Below, piece by piece: positions 52,810 through 64,000 of a stretch of DNA of 64,000 nt (its first letter is position 1; the number at the start of each line of letters is the position of its first letter). The translations under genes and the position numbers were made by a program. This DNA comes from Negaprion brevirostris (Eukaryota): assembly GCA_030324005.1 (NCBI GenBank), contig JARDVH010000073.1, positions 38,728,593 to 38,792,592 on the forward strand, in the 5' to 3' direction. The notes under the pieces were generated by a model, which had not been told where the DNA came from, ran no database searches, and was given only the letters and a program-made list of their open reading frames with translations.

Positions 52810-53560
52810 TCTGTCTGCTTATTACTTGAATGGGTGTAAATTGAGAAAAGTGGATACTCAGTAGAACCTTGGAGTTCTCGTGCATCAGTCGCTGAAAGTA
52901 TGTGTGCAGGTATAACAGAGAGTGAAGGCGGCAAATGGTTTCTTGGCTTTCACAGCATGAGGATTTGAGTATAGGAGTATTTTGCTGCAATTGTTTAGGA
53001 TGTTGGTAAGGCCACACCTGGGATAATGTGTGCAATTTTGGTGTTCTTATCAGAGGAAGGATGTCCTTGCTATAGAGAGTACAGCAAAGGTTTATCAGGC
53101 TGATTCCTAGGATGGCAGGTCTGTCATATGAGACAGACTAAGCCGGTTAGGATTGTATTCGCTGGAGTTTAGAAGAGTGAGAGGGGATCTCACAGTAACT
53201 TATAAAATTCTAACAGGGTTAGACAGGGTAGATTCAGAAAGAAAGTTCCCGATGGTGAGGGGAATCCAGAACGAGGGGTCATAGTTTGAGGATAAGGGGT
53301 AGGACTGAGGTGAGGAGAAATTTCTTCACCCAGAGGGTGGTGAATCTGTGAAATTCACCACCATAGAAAGTAGTTGAGGCCAAAATGTTATGTGATTTCA
53401 GGAAGAAATTAGATATAACTCTAGGAACTAAAGTGATCAAAGGATATGGGGGCAAAATGGGAGCAGGGTATTAAATTTGATGATCAACCATGATCAAAAT
53501 GAATGGCAGAGCAGGCTTGAAGGATCCAATGGCCTACTCCTGCTTCTGTTTTCTGTGTCT
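52810..53560 (+). mobile_element. CR1 LINE 3' end
   Basis: ttggtaaggccacacctgg...agaaatttcttcacccagagggtggtgaatctgtg...atggcctactcctgcttc. Confidence 0.85.
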
Positions 53561-53719
53561 CAAAACCTTTAGAATTTAGATTTTTTATGAATTATGTATA
53601 TATTTTTTAAAAAGATATATAACACCCATTGCGAGAGACATAGAAGCCTTTGATTTCATTATGGGTTTATGTATTTTCCAAAGATTCTTGTTGTCTCAAT
53701 TCCCAGAACAACCTGCAGA

Positions 53720-54185
53720 TGTCAGGAGGGCTGTGACTAGTGGCATTTCTCAGGGATCAGTGCTGAGACCTTTGCTGTTTATAATATACAGAAATGATTT
53801 GGGGGAAAATGTAACTGGTTTGATTAGTAAATTTGCGAATGACACAAAGATTGATGGATTTGCGGACAGTGATAAGGACTCATTGCAGGATACAGCAGGA
53901 CATAGATCGGTTGGAGACTTGGGTGGAGAGATGGCAGATGGAGTTTAAGCCAGACAAATGTGAGGTAATGCATTTTGGAAGGTCTAATACAGAGAGGAAA
54001 TATACCATAAATGGCAGAACTCTTAAGAGTATTGATAGGCAAAGGGATCTGGGTGTACAGGTACACAGGTCACTGGAAGTGGCAACACATGTGGAGAAGG
54101 TAGTCAAGAACGCATACGGCATGCTTGTCCTCATTGGCTGGGGCATTGAGTTTAAAAATTGGCAAGTTATGTTGCAACTTTATGA
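53720..54185 (+). mobile_element. CR1 reverse transcriptase fragment
   Basis: VTSGISQGSVLRPLLFIIY..ISKFANDTK and WQMEFKPDKCEVMHFGRSN..RDLGVQVHRSL. Confidence 0.92.
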
Positions 54186-54435
54186 GGGGCATACACGCGA
54201 TGGGTCGTACTGGGGCTGCTCTTGGTTGTTCGAGATTGGCCTAGTGCTTCATGTCATCAGTGTGTGCCTAAACTGGACAAGATACTGGGCAAGACGACAG
54301 CTCAGTGACTATCACTGATTGCTGTGCAGACACATNNNNNNNNNNNNNNNNNNNNNNNNNNNNNNNNNNNNNNNNNNNNNNNNNNNNNNNNNNNNNNNNN
54401 NNNNNNNNNNNNNNNNNNNNNNNNNNNNNNNNNNN

Positions 54436-54940
54436 CTATAGAGAGTACAGCAAAGGTTTATCAGGCTGATTCCTAGGATGGCAGGTCTGTCATATGAAGA
54501 GAGACTGAATTGGTTAGTGTTATATTCATTGGTGTTTAGGAGAGTGAGAGGGGATCTCATAGAAACTTATAAAATTCTAACAGGGTTAGACAGGGTACAT
54601 TTAAGAAGAATGTTCCCAATGGCGGGGGGAGTCCAGAACTAGGGGTCATAGCTTGAGGATAAGGGGTAAATCTTTAGAACTAAGGTGAGGAGAAATTTCT
54701 TTACCCGGAGAGTGGTGAATCCGTGGAATTCACTACCACAGAATGCAGTTGACACCAAATTGCTGTCTGATTTCAAAAATAAATCAGATATAGTTCTTGG
54801 GGCTAAAGAAATCAATGGATATGGGGGAGAAGGGGTATTCAGGATATTAAATTCTGTGATCAGCTGTGATCAAAATGAATGGTGGAACAGGCTCAAAGGA
54901 CCGAATGGCCTTACTCCTGCTTCCAGTTTCTATGTTTTCC
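54436..54940 (+). mobile_element. CR1 LINE 3' end
   Basis: RRNFFTRRVVNPWNSLPQ; same subfamily as 53070-53560. Confidence 0.88.
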
Positions 54941-55089
54941 TTCCTGCTATGTTCCGATAATCATTTTTCTTATTCCAAATTTGCTCTTTTGTCTTGTCTT
55001 CTCCATTTAATCTATCACATTTTCCCAGACTTGATCCCTCGCCCCCACTATTGAGTTGAGTGACCTCTCTGCTGCCCTTGCTTTATGCT

Positions 55090-55440
55090 TTGCCATAATA
55101 TTCATCCTGGCACAATTCAAGTGAAAAGTGTTCCTTTGGTACAGCACCTACTTTTCCCAATGCTGGTGCCAATGCCCCATGAATCTAAATCCATTTCTTT
55201 CATTCCAAATTTTGAACCATGCATTTAATTCTAATCTGATTTCCTCTCCACCAATTTGTTTTTGGCTAAGGTAGTAATTCAGAGATTATTACCTTTGATG
55301 TTGTGCTATTTAATTTAGTCCCAAGCTGCTCATACTCCTTCAGCGAAACCTCTTTCCTAGTTCTACCTATGTCATTGGTAACTACATGGACCATGACCAC
55401 TGAGTCCTGCTCCTACATTCAAGGTGAAGGGCATCCAAGG
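55090..55440 (-). mobile_element. CR1 ORF1 SGNH-esterase-like fragment
   Basis: Minus strand encodes VVMVHVVTNDIGRTRKEVSLKEYEQLGTKLNSTTSKVIISELLP (GTND-like motif). Confidence 0.75.
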
Positions 55441-56439
55441 GAGAATTCTCAGATAAAATCCTTCATTGTATAAGACCGCTAGAGATAACAATTCATCTGG
55501 AGGATACTGGAAGAGACATTCAGAAAGAATGGAAAGATCTGGATAAATTGACAGGGCATGGTCAGAAGGCAGCAATTTTTCAATACAGTAGTCAAACTAT
55601 TTGGGTGCAATTACCTAGGTTAATAAGGGCTGATTACTTGCAGGATTTGAGCAATTAGTAGCCATTCTGCACTTCACATACATGCTTGACAGTTATGAGG
55701 AGGGAAAAAGGGTGGCTAAGGGGCTGGATGACAATGGACAAAATGGTACCGAAGCTATTTATCCAACTGCAAAAAAATTGGCTACAAAACTACAAAAAGA
55801 AGTAACATCCAAAATAGACAGGGCCAGTAAATTAAGGGATGCAAACACTGTAGGAAGGGCGGGGAAAGCCACTGACAAATTCAAACATCGGCCAACTGTT
55901 CAAGGTGATGGACAAGAGACTTATAGACTGGCAAAGTGAAAATACAGAAAGCTAAAAATGCAGTACAAATTTCCACAGCGGATGTGCAAGTGACTCTGGC
56001 CCTAGGAAAAGATCACATACTGGCAACAGAACCTCTGATCACAGGAGGGAGAGATCATGTAGTGGTGGGAGTCCTCAACAAGATAGGAGGGCAAGTGGAA
56101 ACTGTAGTTGGACCAGAACAAACAATATAGAAGAAACAAGGAATGCCATGAGAAGCAGAGCCATTATGTTCAGAAAGGTTTGAAGGATACAAACAAGTTA
56201 GAAGATAAATCATTAAGAATGCAAAACATTATGAGTTGGATAGTTGGAAAAAAATTAGTACATCCTCTGATGTGCTTATAGGGAACAGCCAGTTTGTCTC
56301 AAAGGTGGAAATGAACAGAAAAAACTTCTTCCTGGTGGGTCACACAAAGCTAAAGCGAGACTAGTGGCTTGGTGTTTCAACAGGCGACTTGCCGATCAAG
56401 ATATTGGAAGTGCTTCCCTCCACTGCAGGCAAAGTGACC

Positions 56440-56765
56440 TTGGAGCACCATCATTCAATATGATCATGGCTGATCATGCACTTTCACTATCCCACTCTCG
56501 CTTTCTCTCCATACTCCTTGAGCTCCTTAGCCACAAGGGCCACTTCCAGCTCCCTCTTGAACATATTTAATGAACTGGCCCCAGCAGCTTTCTGAGATAG
56601 AGAATTCCACAGGTTCACAGCTAAGCGAAGAAGTCCTCCTTCATCTCAGTCCTGAATGGTTTAACCCCTTTTCGTTAGACTCTGACCCCTAGTTCTGGAC
56701 TTTCCCTAACATTGGGAATATTCTTCCCACATCTAGCCTGTCCAGTCCCATCAGAATTTTATATA
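56440..56765 (-). mobile_element. CR1 3' tail
   Basis: caccatcattcaatatgatcatggctgatc...gagaattccacaggttcaca...acccctagttctggac. Confidence 0.8.
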
Positions 56766-58319
56766 CTTATGGTGCATGGTAATGAGTTATCTATGGGCAG
56801 GTTCTGTGTAATTTGAATAATATTAAAAAATCATTCATGGAATGTGGGCATTGCTAACTAGGTCAGTATTTATGGCGCATTCGTTATAGATAAAATGGGA
56901 ATTTAAATTGGAAATCAGGCTCTGGAAGGCCTTCAGTCAGACTAGGTCAGGAATAACCTTGAATCAACTATCATATCTGGAAAGTTTTAATCTCTTCCTG
57001 ATAAACCCTCACAGCAAAATGATGTTGGCTCCAAGGAAGACAAGACCCAATGCCACTCATGACATATTGGAATTTAGTACTACGAAGCACGTTACTGTTG
57101 AGTAGGTTCAGAGAGAAATTAATTCAACTTTCCAGTTTTCGGTGACCCAAAAGATATAAGTTAGTCCTTTTAGTGACAATCTTCTGGATGGATATTCCAG
57201 TATAGCATATTCTTGGTGGGGAAAAATGTTAGTCGCAATGTTGTCTCTTGGCCTGGTAAGCCAGAAAATAAAATGGGTGGTTAAAACATTCTTGTTGTAA
57301 AAATACTGGTGCTAGTAGATGTGGGATTGAATTTATCTAACATTATGAAGGAAATCTCACAGAAAGGGCATCCTTGAGAAAAATGTGCCCACTGAACGCT
57401 ATGTGGATAACTGCGCCCTCTGGGATAATGCTCATTTCACAAAGGGTGTCACTGAGAAAAGGTTGAGGATTAATTTTGCTAGTATAAAGGAAATGCTGGA
57501 ATGTAAAGATAGTTCTAATATAAAGTTGATCAACACAAATCACTAATTTCAGACTGCTTTGTAAAGAAATGGTTGCTCCAATAAATTATTGAATGTCTGA
57601 AACCTTTTTTTTCTTTGATTGCTTGGTATGTGAAGTATGTTTAAGAACATTATAAAGTTTCTTAGTTTTAAAGAAAGGGGAAATCTGTTAGTGGTTTGTT
57701 GATTATGTTGTTGAAGAGACACAGGCACAAGCATTATTTCATTAAAGACCGAGATCACAAATAAATAGAGTCACTGAATCAATAGTTAGCAAGCAGAGAT
57801 CTGTAAGGCTGCGTCATCTGAATAAACTTAGCATCAAGGAAAATATCTATGTTTTCTTTGTACTTTACCCTCTGGCTTGGATCCATTAAACAACAGAATC
57901 ACTATAATGAAACTCTGAAGGCTTCACTTAAGTTTGGACATAAACGAGTGCTGGAAAAAATGCATCCAGAATCACTACAACTGGCAAGAACAAATAAAAA
58001 ACAGCACGGCTTTCTTCAGATGCAAGCATGTATCAAAAGCAGAGAGAAAGTGTGAGAAGAGGAAATTCCAATCCAACAACTCATTAATTTAAAATAAAAC
58101 TTATTTAGTTTTCAGTTTACACCTGTTGAGGTAGATTTCCTATTGGTGTTACACTGAAAAGTGCTATAAATCCAGCAGACATTAGTGCAAAATCCCTTCC
58201 AAGCTGAGCAGAATAATTCTTTGTTGCTCCCATCCATTTTATGAATACGTAAATGACAGAAATACATCATGTGCTCTTATTGTACTGCGTACATTCTGGT
58301 CTCTATATTACATAAGAGA

Positions 58320-58795
58320 TATAAATGCAATGGAGAAGATGCCAATAGGATTTGCACAGATGATGCCAGAGCTGAGAGGTTCTAATGATCAACAAAAATT
58401 GAACCAGCAGTCTTCTTTACACCAAAAAAGAGAAAGCTGAGTGGGAAACATAATAGAAATTTAATATTATGGAATAGTTTAATAGGGTTGACGTAGAGAA
58501 AACGTTTCCACTTGTGAGAGAGTATAAAACTCAGGGCCATAAATACAACATCGTCAGTAATAAATCGAATAAAGAATTCAGGAGAACTTATTTTCCTGAA
58601 AGGATAGAACGTGAAACATGCTACCAAAAAGAGTAGTTCACTGGCAATAGCACTGATTTGTTTAACGTGAAACTACTCGAGTAGAAAGGTTTGCAGCTGT
58701 GATTAGATGGAACAGAGTTGGTGCAATCATGTGTGGAGCATAAATACTGCACAAACCAGTTGACCAATGTCCAGTATCAATGCTGTAAATTCTGG
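58320..58795 (+). mobile_element. Old CR1 3' fragment
   Basis: gatgatgccagagctgagagg...gtagagaaaacgtttccacttgtg...gaattcaggagaact. Confidence 0.7.
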
Positions 58796-59809
58796 GCCAT
58801 AACTTCCTACTTCCTCAAAATGACAATCACTGTTGGATTGCCACTCCTCGTCCAATTACTTATGTCAACTTTCTTCTGAGCCTGTCAGGCCTTGGTTGAG
58901 TGTCAAGGTGAGAGCTGGCCCCAGGAGGAGATTATAATTTCGCCACACCAGTGCAGAGTATTAAAAACATTTCCATATCCCTGGTGTCCTGTTAGTTGAG
59001 TGAGAGGTTTTTATTTTAACACACATGCACAGTAAAGGCAGGACTAAGGCCACTGGAAATTCTATGTTCTGTCAAAATTCTGAGGTTTGCTGCAGTCAAC
59101 CTATAACCTGGTCTGTGGACTTCACATATTTAAATAAATGACATTGAGGCAAGAAAACTATAGATGATCAGGCTATATCTTTGCAGTTGGTGGGACTGTC
59201 AGCATTTGAAAGGTTAACCCCCAATTCTGCACAATTAGAAATTTTGTCTGTGATGTCCAGTGTCTTCTAGGTTATGCACTATTCTTTACTGCAATGCATA
59301 CTGATACTGTGCCACTGATGACTCTGCATGCTTTTCAAGTCAAATGTCACATAGGTAAACTAATTATTCACAAACAAACTCAATAGCTCCAGTGTGTGCC
59401 AAAATGTAGCAACTAATACATCTGAGAAAGCAAATTTATCTTTAATAATAGATAATTAAAATTATGCAAAGTTTTGATAAATACAGATAGAGTTCTCTGG
59501 AGACTATCAAAATAGGTTATCTGTCCAAAAGCACATCTGACTGACATTACCATAGGCAGGACAAGGAGAAAGGTCCTGAATTCACGCCAGCGGAACCCTG
59601 CACTGTTGACACCAATCTGATTCACACCAGCCATCCAGTCAATTGAGTTAATCAACCAAGGAGTCAGAGTTGCTGTGACAACAGATAATTTTAGATACAT
59701 GTTGTAGCCTGGAGTAATGGATAGTGATGTTAGAGGCTTCAATTTCTTTCCATCATATAGCTGACCAGGAATCTCTCCCTCTCTTACTGCCTTACCGTTG
59801 GCAATTGTT

Positions 59810-60090
59810 GGAAGGGCGTACAAGTTGATACTCAATCCAAGAAAAATAAGAAACTAGTGAAGGTGAAAGGGTAGCACTGTTGATCAAGAATGGGATTGTG
59901 ATCAGAACATGGAATCAGTTTGGGTGGAGATGAGGAATATTAGGGAAAATAAGTCATTAGTGGGAGTAGTCTTCAGACCTTCTAACAGTAACCGCAATGT
60001 AGTGCAAACATACAAGAAGAAATATTAGGCGCTTGTGACAAAGTAGCAGCAATAATCATGGGTGACTTTAGTCTACATATAAACTGAAAA
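59810..60090 (+). mobile_element. CR1 APE fragment
   Basis: ESVWVEMRN..KSLVGVVFRPSNSN...IIMGDF. Confidence 0.75.
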
Positions 60091-60399
60091 AAAAACAGAG
60101 AAACAGTTACCATTTCGAGTTCACATGATCCTTCTACAGAACAGCCTCTCTGCAGAAAAGGTGCTGTCTGGAATGAATACTGGAGCTGTAGAATTTGCCT
60201 TACACTCGGTGCTGATAGAACAAGATGACGTAGGGACACTGCTGGGATCAATCCCCATGTGGCTCATCCCTATTTTACCAAAGGGCTGGTAAAATTCAGT
60301 TAAGACTAGAAGAAGTCAAGAAATGTCACTGCTTTTATGCTTGTATGGAGTTGGGAAAGATGGAAGTCAGTGGACTTACGGTGGAGCTACCTTATTACT

Positions 60400-60845
60400 T
60401 AGATAAAAAGAAAAAAAATCCTTTCATAGCATTCTCCATGCTTATTGGAGGCCAAGCACTTCATAGTTAATAAAGAAGTGTAGTCACTTCTGTAATGTAC
60501 TGGCAGCCACATCGCACACGACAAACTGCAACAAACTACAATGTAATAATCACTAGGAACTCTTTTTTAAGTGTTACGTTGATTAAGAAATTAATATTGG
60601 CCAGTACGTTGAGGTCACTCCTCTGCTCTTCTTTGCAATAGGACCATGGGATCTTTCATACCCATCTAAGTAGGCAGATGGGGCCTCAAATTAGCATCTC
60701 ATCAAAAAAAAGCACTTTTGATCGTGCAGTGAACTCTCAACACTGCACTCAGCATCCGCCTTGGTATTTGTGCTCAAGTTCTAGAGTAGGAGTTGAACCC
60801 AGAATCTTGTGACCCAGAGACAAGAATGCTACCAACTGAGCAACA
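60400..60845 (-). mobile_element. Near full-length DeuSINE with tRNA-like head
   Basis: Minus-strand head gctcagttggtagcattc...gggttcaactcc (A and B boxes), followed by the Deu domain and tail. Confidence 0.8.
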
Positions 60846-61219
60846 GCTAACACACAAGAAACCCAGAATAAACTTAACTACACTTCCTTCCACCCCACTT
60901 CCATTCTCAGTTTCTCTGTTATATAACAAATGTGATATATCTACTTTTCGACTTATGGTGCCTAAAACAAAACCACAAGATGTGTTTGGTAACTTGAACA
61001 CCGGGAGCTCTTTATTGGTGCGCACTATTCCGCAGTTATGAGACTGCACAACCGAGTCCCATACTGGGAGGAACTAATCCCCCAGAGGTTACTTGACAGT
61101 CTTAAAGGGGCAGTAGACACTCCAAACCTCAACATACATTATTTTGATGATGGCAGCTTCCATTATAATGCTATTGATATGAATTCTTTTCCCTTTAACT
61201 GAAGATTCTCCTCTACAGT

Positions 61220-62420
61220 GGGAAGCAGGGCCAAACCCATTCAACGTCCTGTACTTATGCTTTCCTTTCCCTCACAGAACCACAATGTTTCCCTAGTCCT
61301 CACCTTCTGAACCAACAGCCTCAACATTCAATGATTCACTTGCCATTTCCACCACTTTTTTTGTGATCCCACAATCAAACACAACTTCCCCTCCCCTTTC
61401 AGAATTCTGCATCCACTATGGTCCATCCTTACTCACCTCCAACAGCCCTCCCCTTTCCACACCACCACATGCAAGTGCAGGAGATGCAACACGTGCCCTT
61501 TTATTCCTCCCTTCGAACTGTTCAGAGCCCCTCAGAAAATCCTATAGCAATTTACTTATACATTTTTCCCTTTGGTATACTGGATCTACTATCATGATGC
61601 AGTCGTGACTATGTTTAAGCGACCAAACATAGATCAGTTAACTGTTTTGAGGAATACCTCCTTTCAATCTGTAAGCATGATCCTAAACTTTCAATCTGTA
61701 AGCATGATCCTAAATTTTTGGTTACCTGTCATTTTAACTCTCCACAGCACTCCTGCATTGACTTCAGCCTCCCATACTGTTCCAATGAAGGTCAAGGTAA
61801 CCTCAAGAAATAGCACCCCTAATTGCTTTTGAGAGGGTGATAGTGAGCTGCTTTTTTAAACTGTTGCAGTTCATGCGGTTTAGGTACACCCATGGTACTG
61901 GAAGGGAGGGAGTTCCAGGATTTTGACCCAGTGATAAGTGAAGGAACAGTGATACATTTCCAAGTCAGGGTGATGACTGACTTGGAGATGGTATTCCTAT
62001 ACATCTGCTGCCTGAGTCCTTCTAGATGATAGTAATCATGGGCACATTACAACCTGCAAGACTCAGTACTGAGTTCAACAATTTCAGATCATGACACCCA
62101 TTTTTTTTGGATGGCACTGGTAGTGATTCTGCTACTCCCATCATAAATCATCAAGACCAATATTTTGTTTCTTTACTTATCCGTTACTAAATACTTTTGC
62201 CAAGCACCATCATCCCTTTTGTCACAAAAGTTCACCTGCCTTCTACCATTCCCTTGTGTTCCTTCCCCCACGCCCTGCTCTCCTTTTTAAAGCTACATAT
62301 GTCCTGCTAAAGATACTTTCTCCAGCTCTGACAAAAGGTGATCTATCTGAAAGGTTAATTCTGATTCTCTCTACATAGATGCTGCCTGATGTGCTGAATA
62401 TTTTGAACACTTTCTATTTG
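61220..62420 (+). mobile_element. Penelope-like element (GIY-YIG region) interrupted by a LINE tail at about 61820-62035
   Basis: SLVLTF-like motif, tgcaagtgcaggagatgcaacacgtgccc (CxxC), and terminal GTLQPARLSTEFNNFR after the insertion. Confidence 0.7.
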
Positions 62421-62519
62421 TGTGCTCTGCTTAGAGACAGGTCCTTGGCTCGTAGTAGTCTTTCCATATGTCTACGCTGTCCCACCCAGTTTTTTAATCT
62501 GCCAATAATCTCCTTCAAC

Positions 62520-64000
62520 TTCCAAATCATCCAAGTTTGAAATCTTCCCTTCTGTGTCTCTGACATTTCCATCTCCTCTTAAGATGTCCCTAGCCAGACT
62601 GTCTNNNNNNNNNTTCTTTGTTCACTCTCCACAGTACATCATTTGTTTCTTTTTCTGCCCAACTGATGCTTTCATTCTCCTCCAAATCCTCAAGTCCACA
62701 AGGTCTCCTCCTTCCATCAGGTCCAAGTCTCACGTTTAATACACAACAATCCAAATCAAGCTCTTCACAAGTCGCCTCAAGTTATTTACAGCTTTCCAGT
62801 TGGCAACTGTTTCTCCTTACCAAATGTGGGTTTTGCCATTATTACTCTTGTTTCTTTGTTGTACCTTCTATCTACAGATAGCATGCTTCCTAAATACTAC
62901 AATTTTTGCACCCGTTCTCATTCCTTTCTTTCTTTGAATATTTCTTGGTGATCTTGAGATGCGCATCACGAGAGTTTTGCCATTTTTCGCTTTCATTCCA
63001 TATTTCATGCTTGTTGTTACTAGTCTATGAGTTCTTGAGTCCTTCTTCCATGCTTGCTGCAAGTACACTTTCATTTGCAAACCTAATAGATGATATCATT
63101 CACCTAAATCATGTTGAGAGTTTAAGTGTCTTCCAACTCCTCTTTGATCATTGCTTTTGCAGATACGTTGAAAAGAGCTGATCATAAACAACACCCTTGC
63201 AGAACTCCTCTTCCAATTATACATACAGTTTTCTCATGAGTTGTCTATCTCTCCAGTCTACTTAAATGACCTCTAGCACTGTGATGAAGTTAATTCTGTT
63301 AACCTGATTGAACGCTTTTTCAAAAACTACAAATGACACAAAATTCCTGCCCAATTTCTCAATCTTAGAATGCTGATTGCTTCTCTCATCTCTCTTACTC
63401 CCTGGAATCCAAACAGGTCACCTTTGATGATAGTGAGTCACCCTCTTGACCCAGATTTTTTCCATTCGGTTCTTCAATATGTTCCCTGCAAGTTTTTTTT
63501 TAATTTCACCAACTTCAGTAAATGGCTCTCTATTACTATTTTCTCAGCTCTTTATGCTGAGTGCCACTGTGTCTCCTTTAGTTTTGCATATAAAGTCTAC
63601 TCTTTCTAGTCAATACGATTCTTGGATGCTTCCATGCCTTTTCTGTTTCTCTTAATTCATTATTCAAGCATCTGTATTTTGCTCATCTTGTTCAGTACTG
63701 ATATTCTTCCATTTTCTTCTTTCTTTTATCTTTTGCAAATTTGTAGTCATTGTCTATGGTTTCTTGATTTTTTTATTTCTCTTTGATAACGCTTTTTTTC
63801 TTTCCTTACTTGACAGATTCTCTAATCTACTAATAACATTCTTATCTTTTCTAGCTCACACTGTTAATTCATTTACAAATTCTGCATTTACTTCTTTTCA
63901 GCCTCTCTAGGTTCCACCGTGTTCTATATTTTCCACTTTGGACCACCTTCAGTTGGGAAACTGTTTCCATTAAAACCAGCTGATGATTGAATTCTGCATG
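62520..64000 (-). mobile_element. RTE-clade LINE ORF2 fragment, running off the window end
   Basis: Minus strand: GVLQGCV motif (acacccttgcagaactcc on plus), SIRFANE (RFADD-like) and VFEKAFNQV. Confidence 0.7.

Noticed and set aside
54436-54497. 62-nt exact duplicate of 53070-53131
   Set aside because: It starts exactly at a gap edge inside a high-copy CR1, consistent with k-mer collapse in assembly.
3300-63655. Most 60-160 aa ORFs in the six-frame track
   Set aside because: They are chance ORFs, gap-spanning ORFs or TE fragments already accounted for.

Overview
Vertebrate genomic DNA, very probably a shark or other elasmobranch, judged from HE1-type V-SINEs, DeuSINEs and many CR1/HER1-type LINE tails. 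It is a draft assembly with about ten sizeable N-gaps. The window appears to lie inside large introns of ERC1 (ELKS/RAB6IP2) on the minus strand. Two coding exons are visible: 47927-48058 (132 nt, DTLRQKDDRIEELEEALRESVQITAEREMVLAQEEAARNNSEKQ) and 22754-22914 (161 nt, VEELMAAMEKVKLELELMNAKLSSTQQSLAEKEAHLTNLRAERRKHLEEVLEM/K). The rest is mostly decayed transposable elements: a two-gene PIF/Harbinger transposon at the left end, CR1, L2, RTE and Penelope fragments, SINEs and MITE-like elements. The most unusual signal is at 37164-37342. It is a dimeric, highly structured sequence built from two copies of the U2 snRNA 5' end, with an altered branch-point recognition sequence closed inside a new 11-bp hairpin. 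It may be an undescribed U2-derived SINE or small RNA, but a gap truncates it. Repeat family names and boundaries are by-eye recognitions and approximate. No database searches were run.
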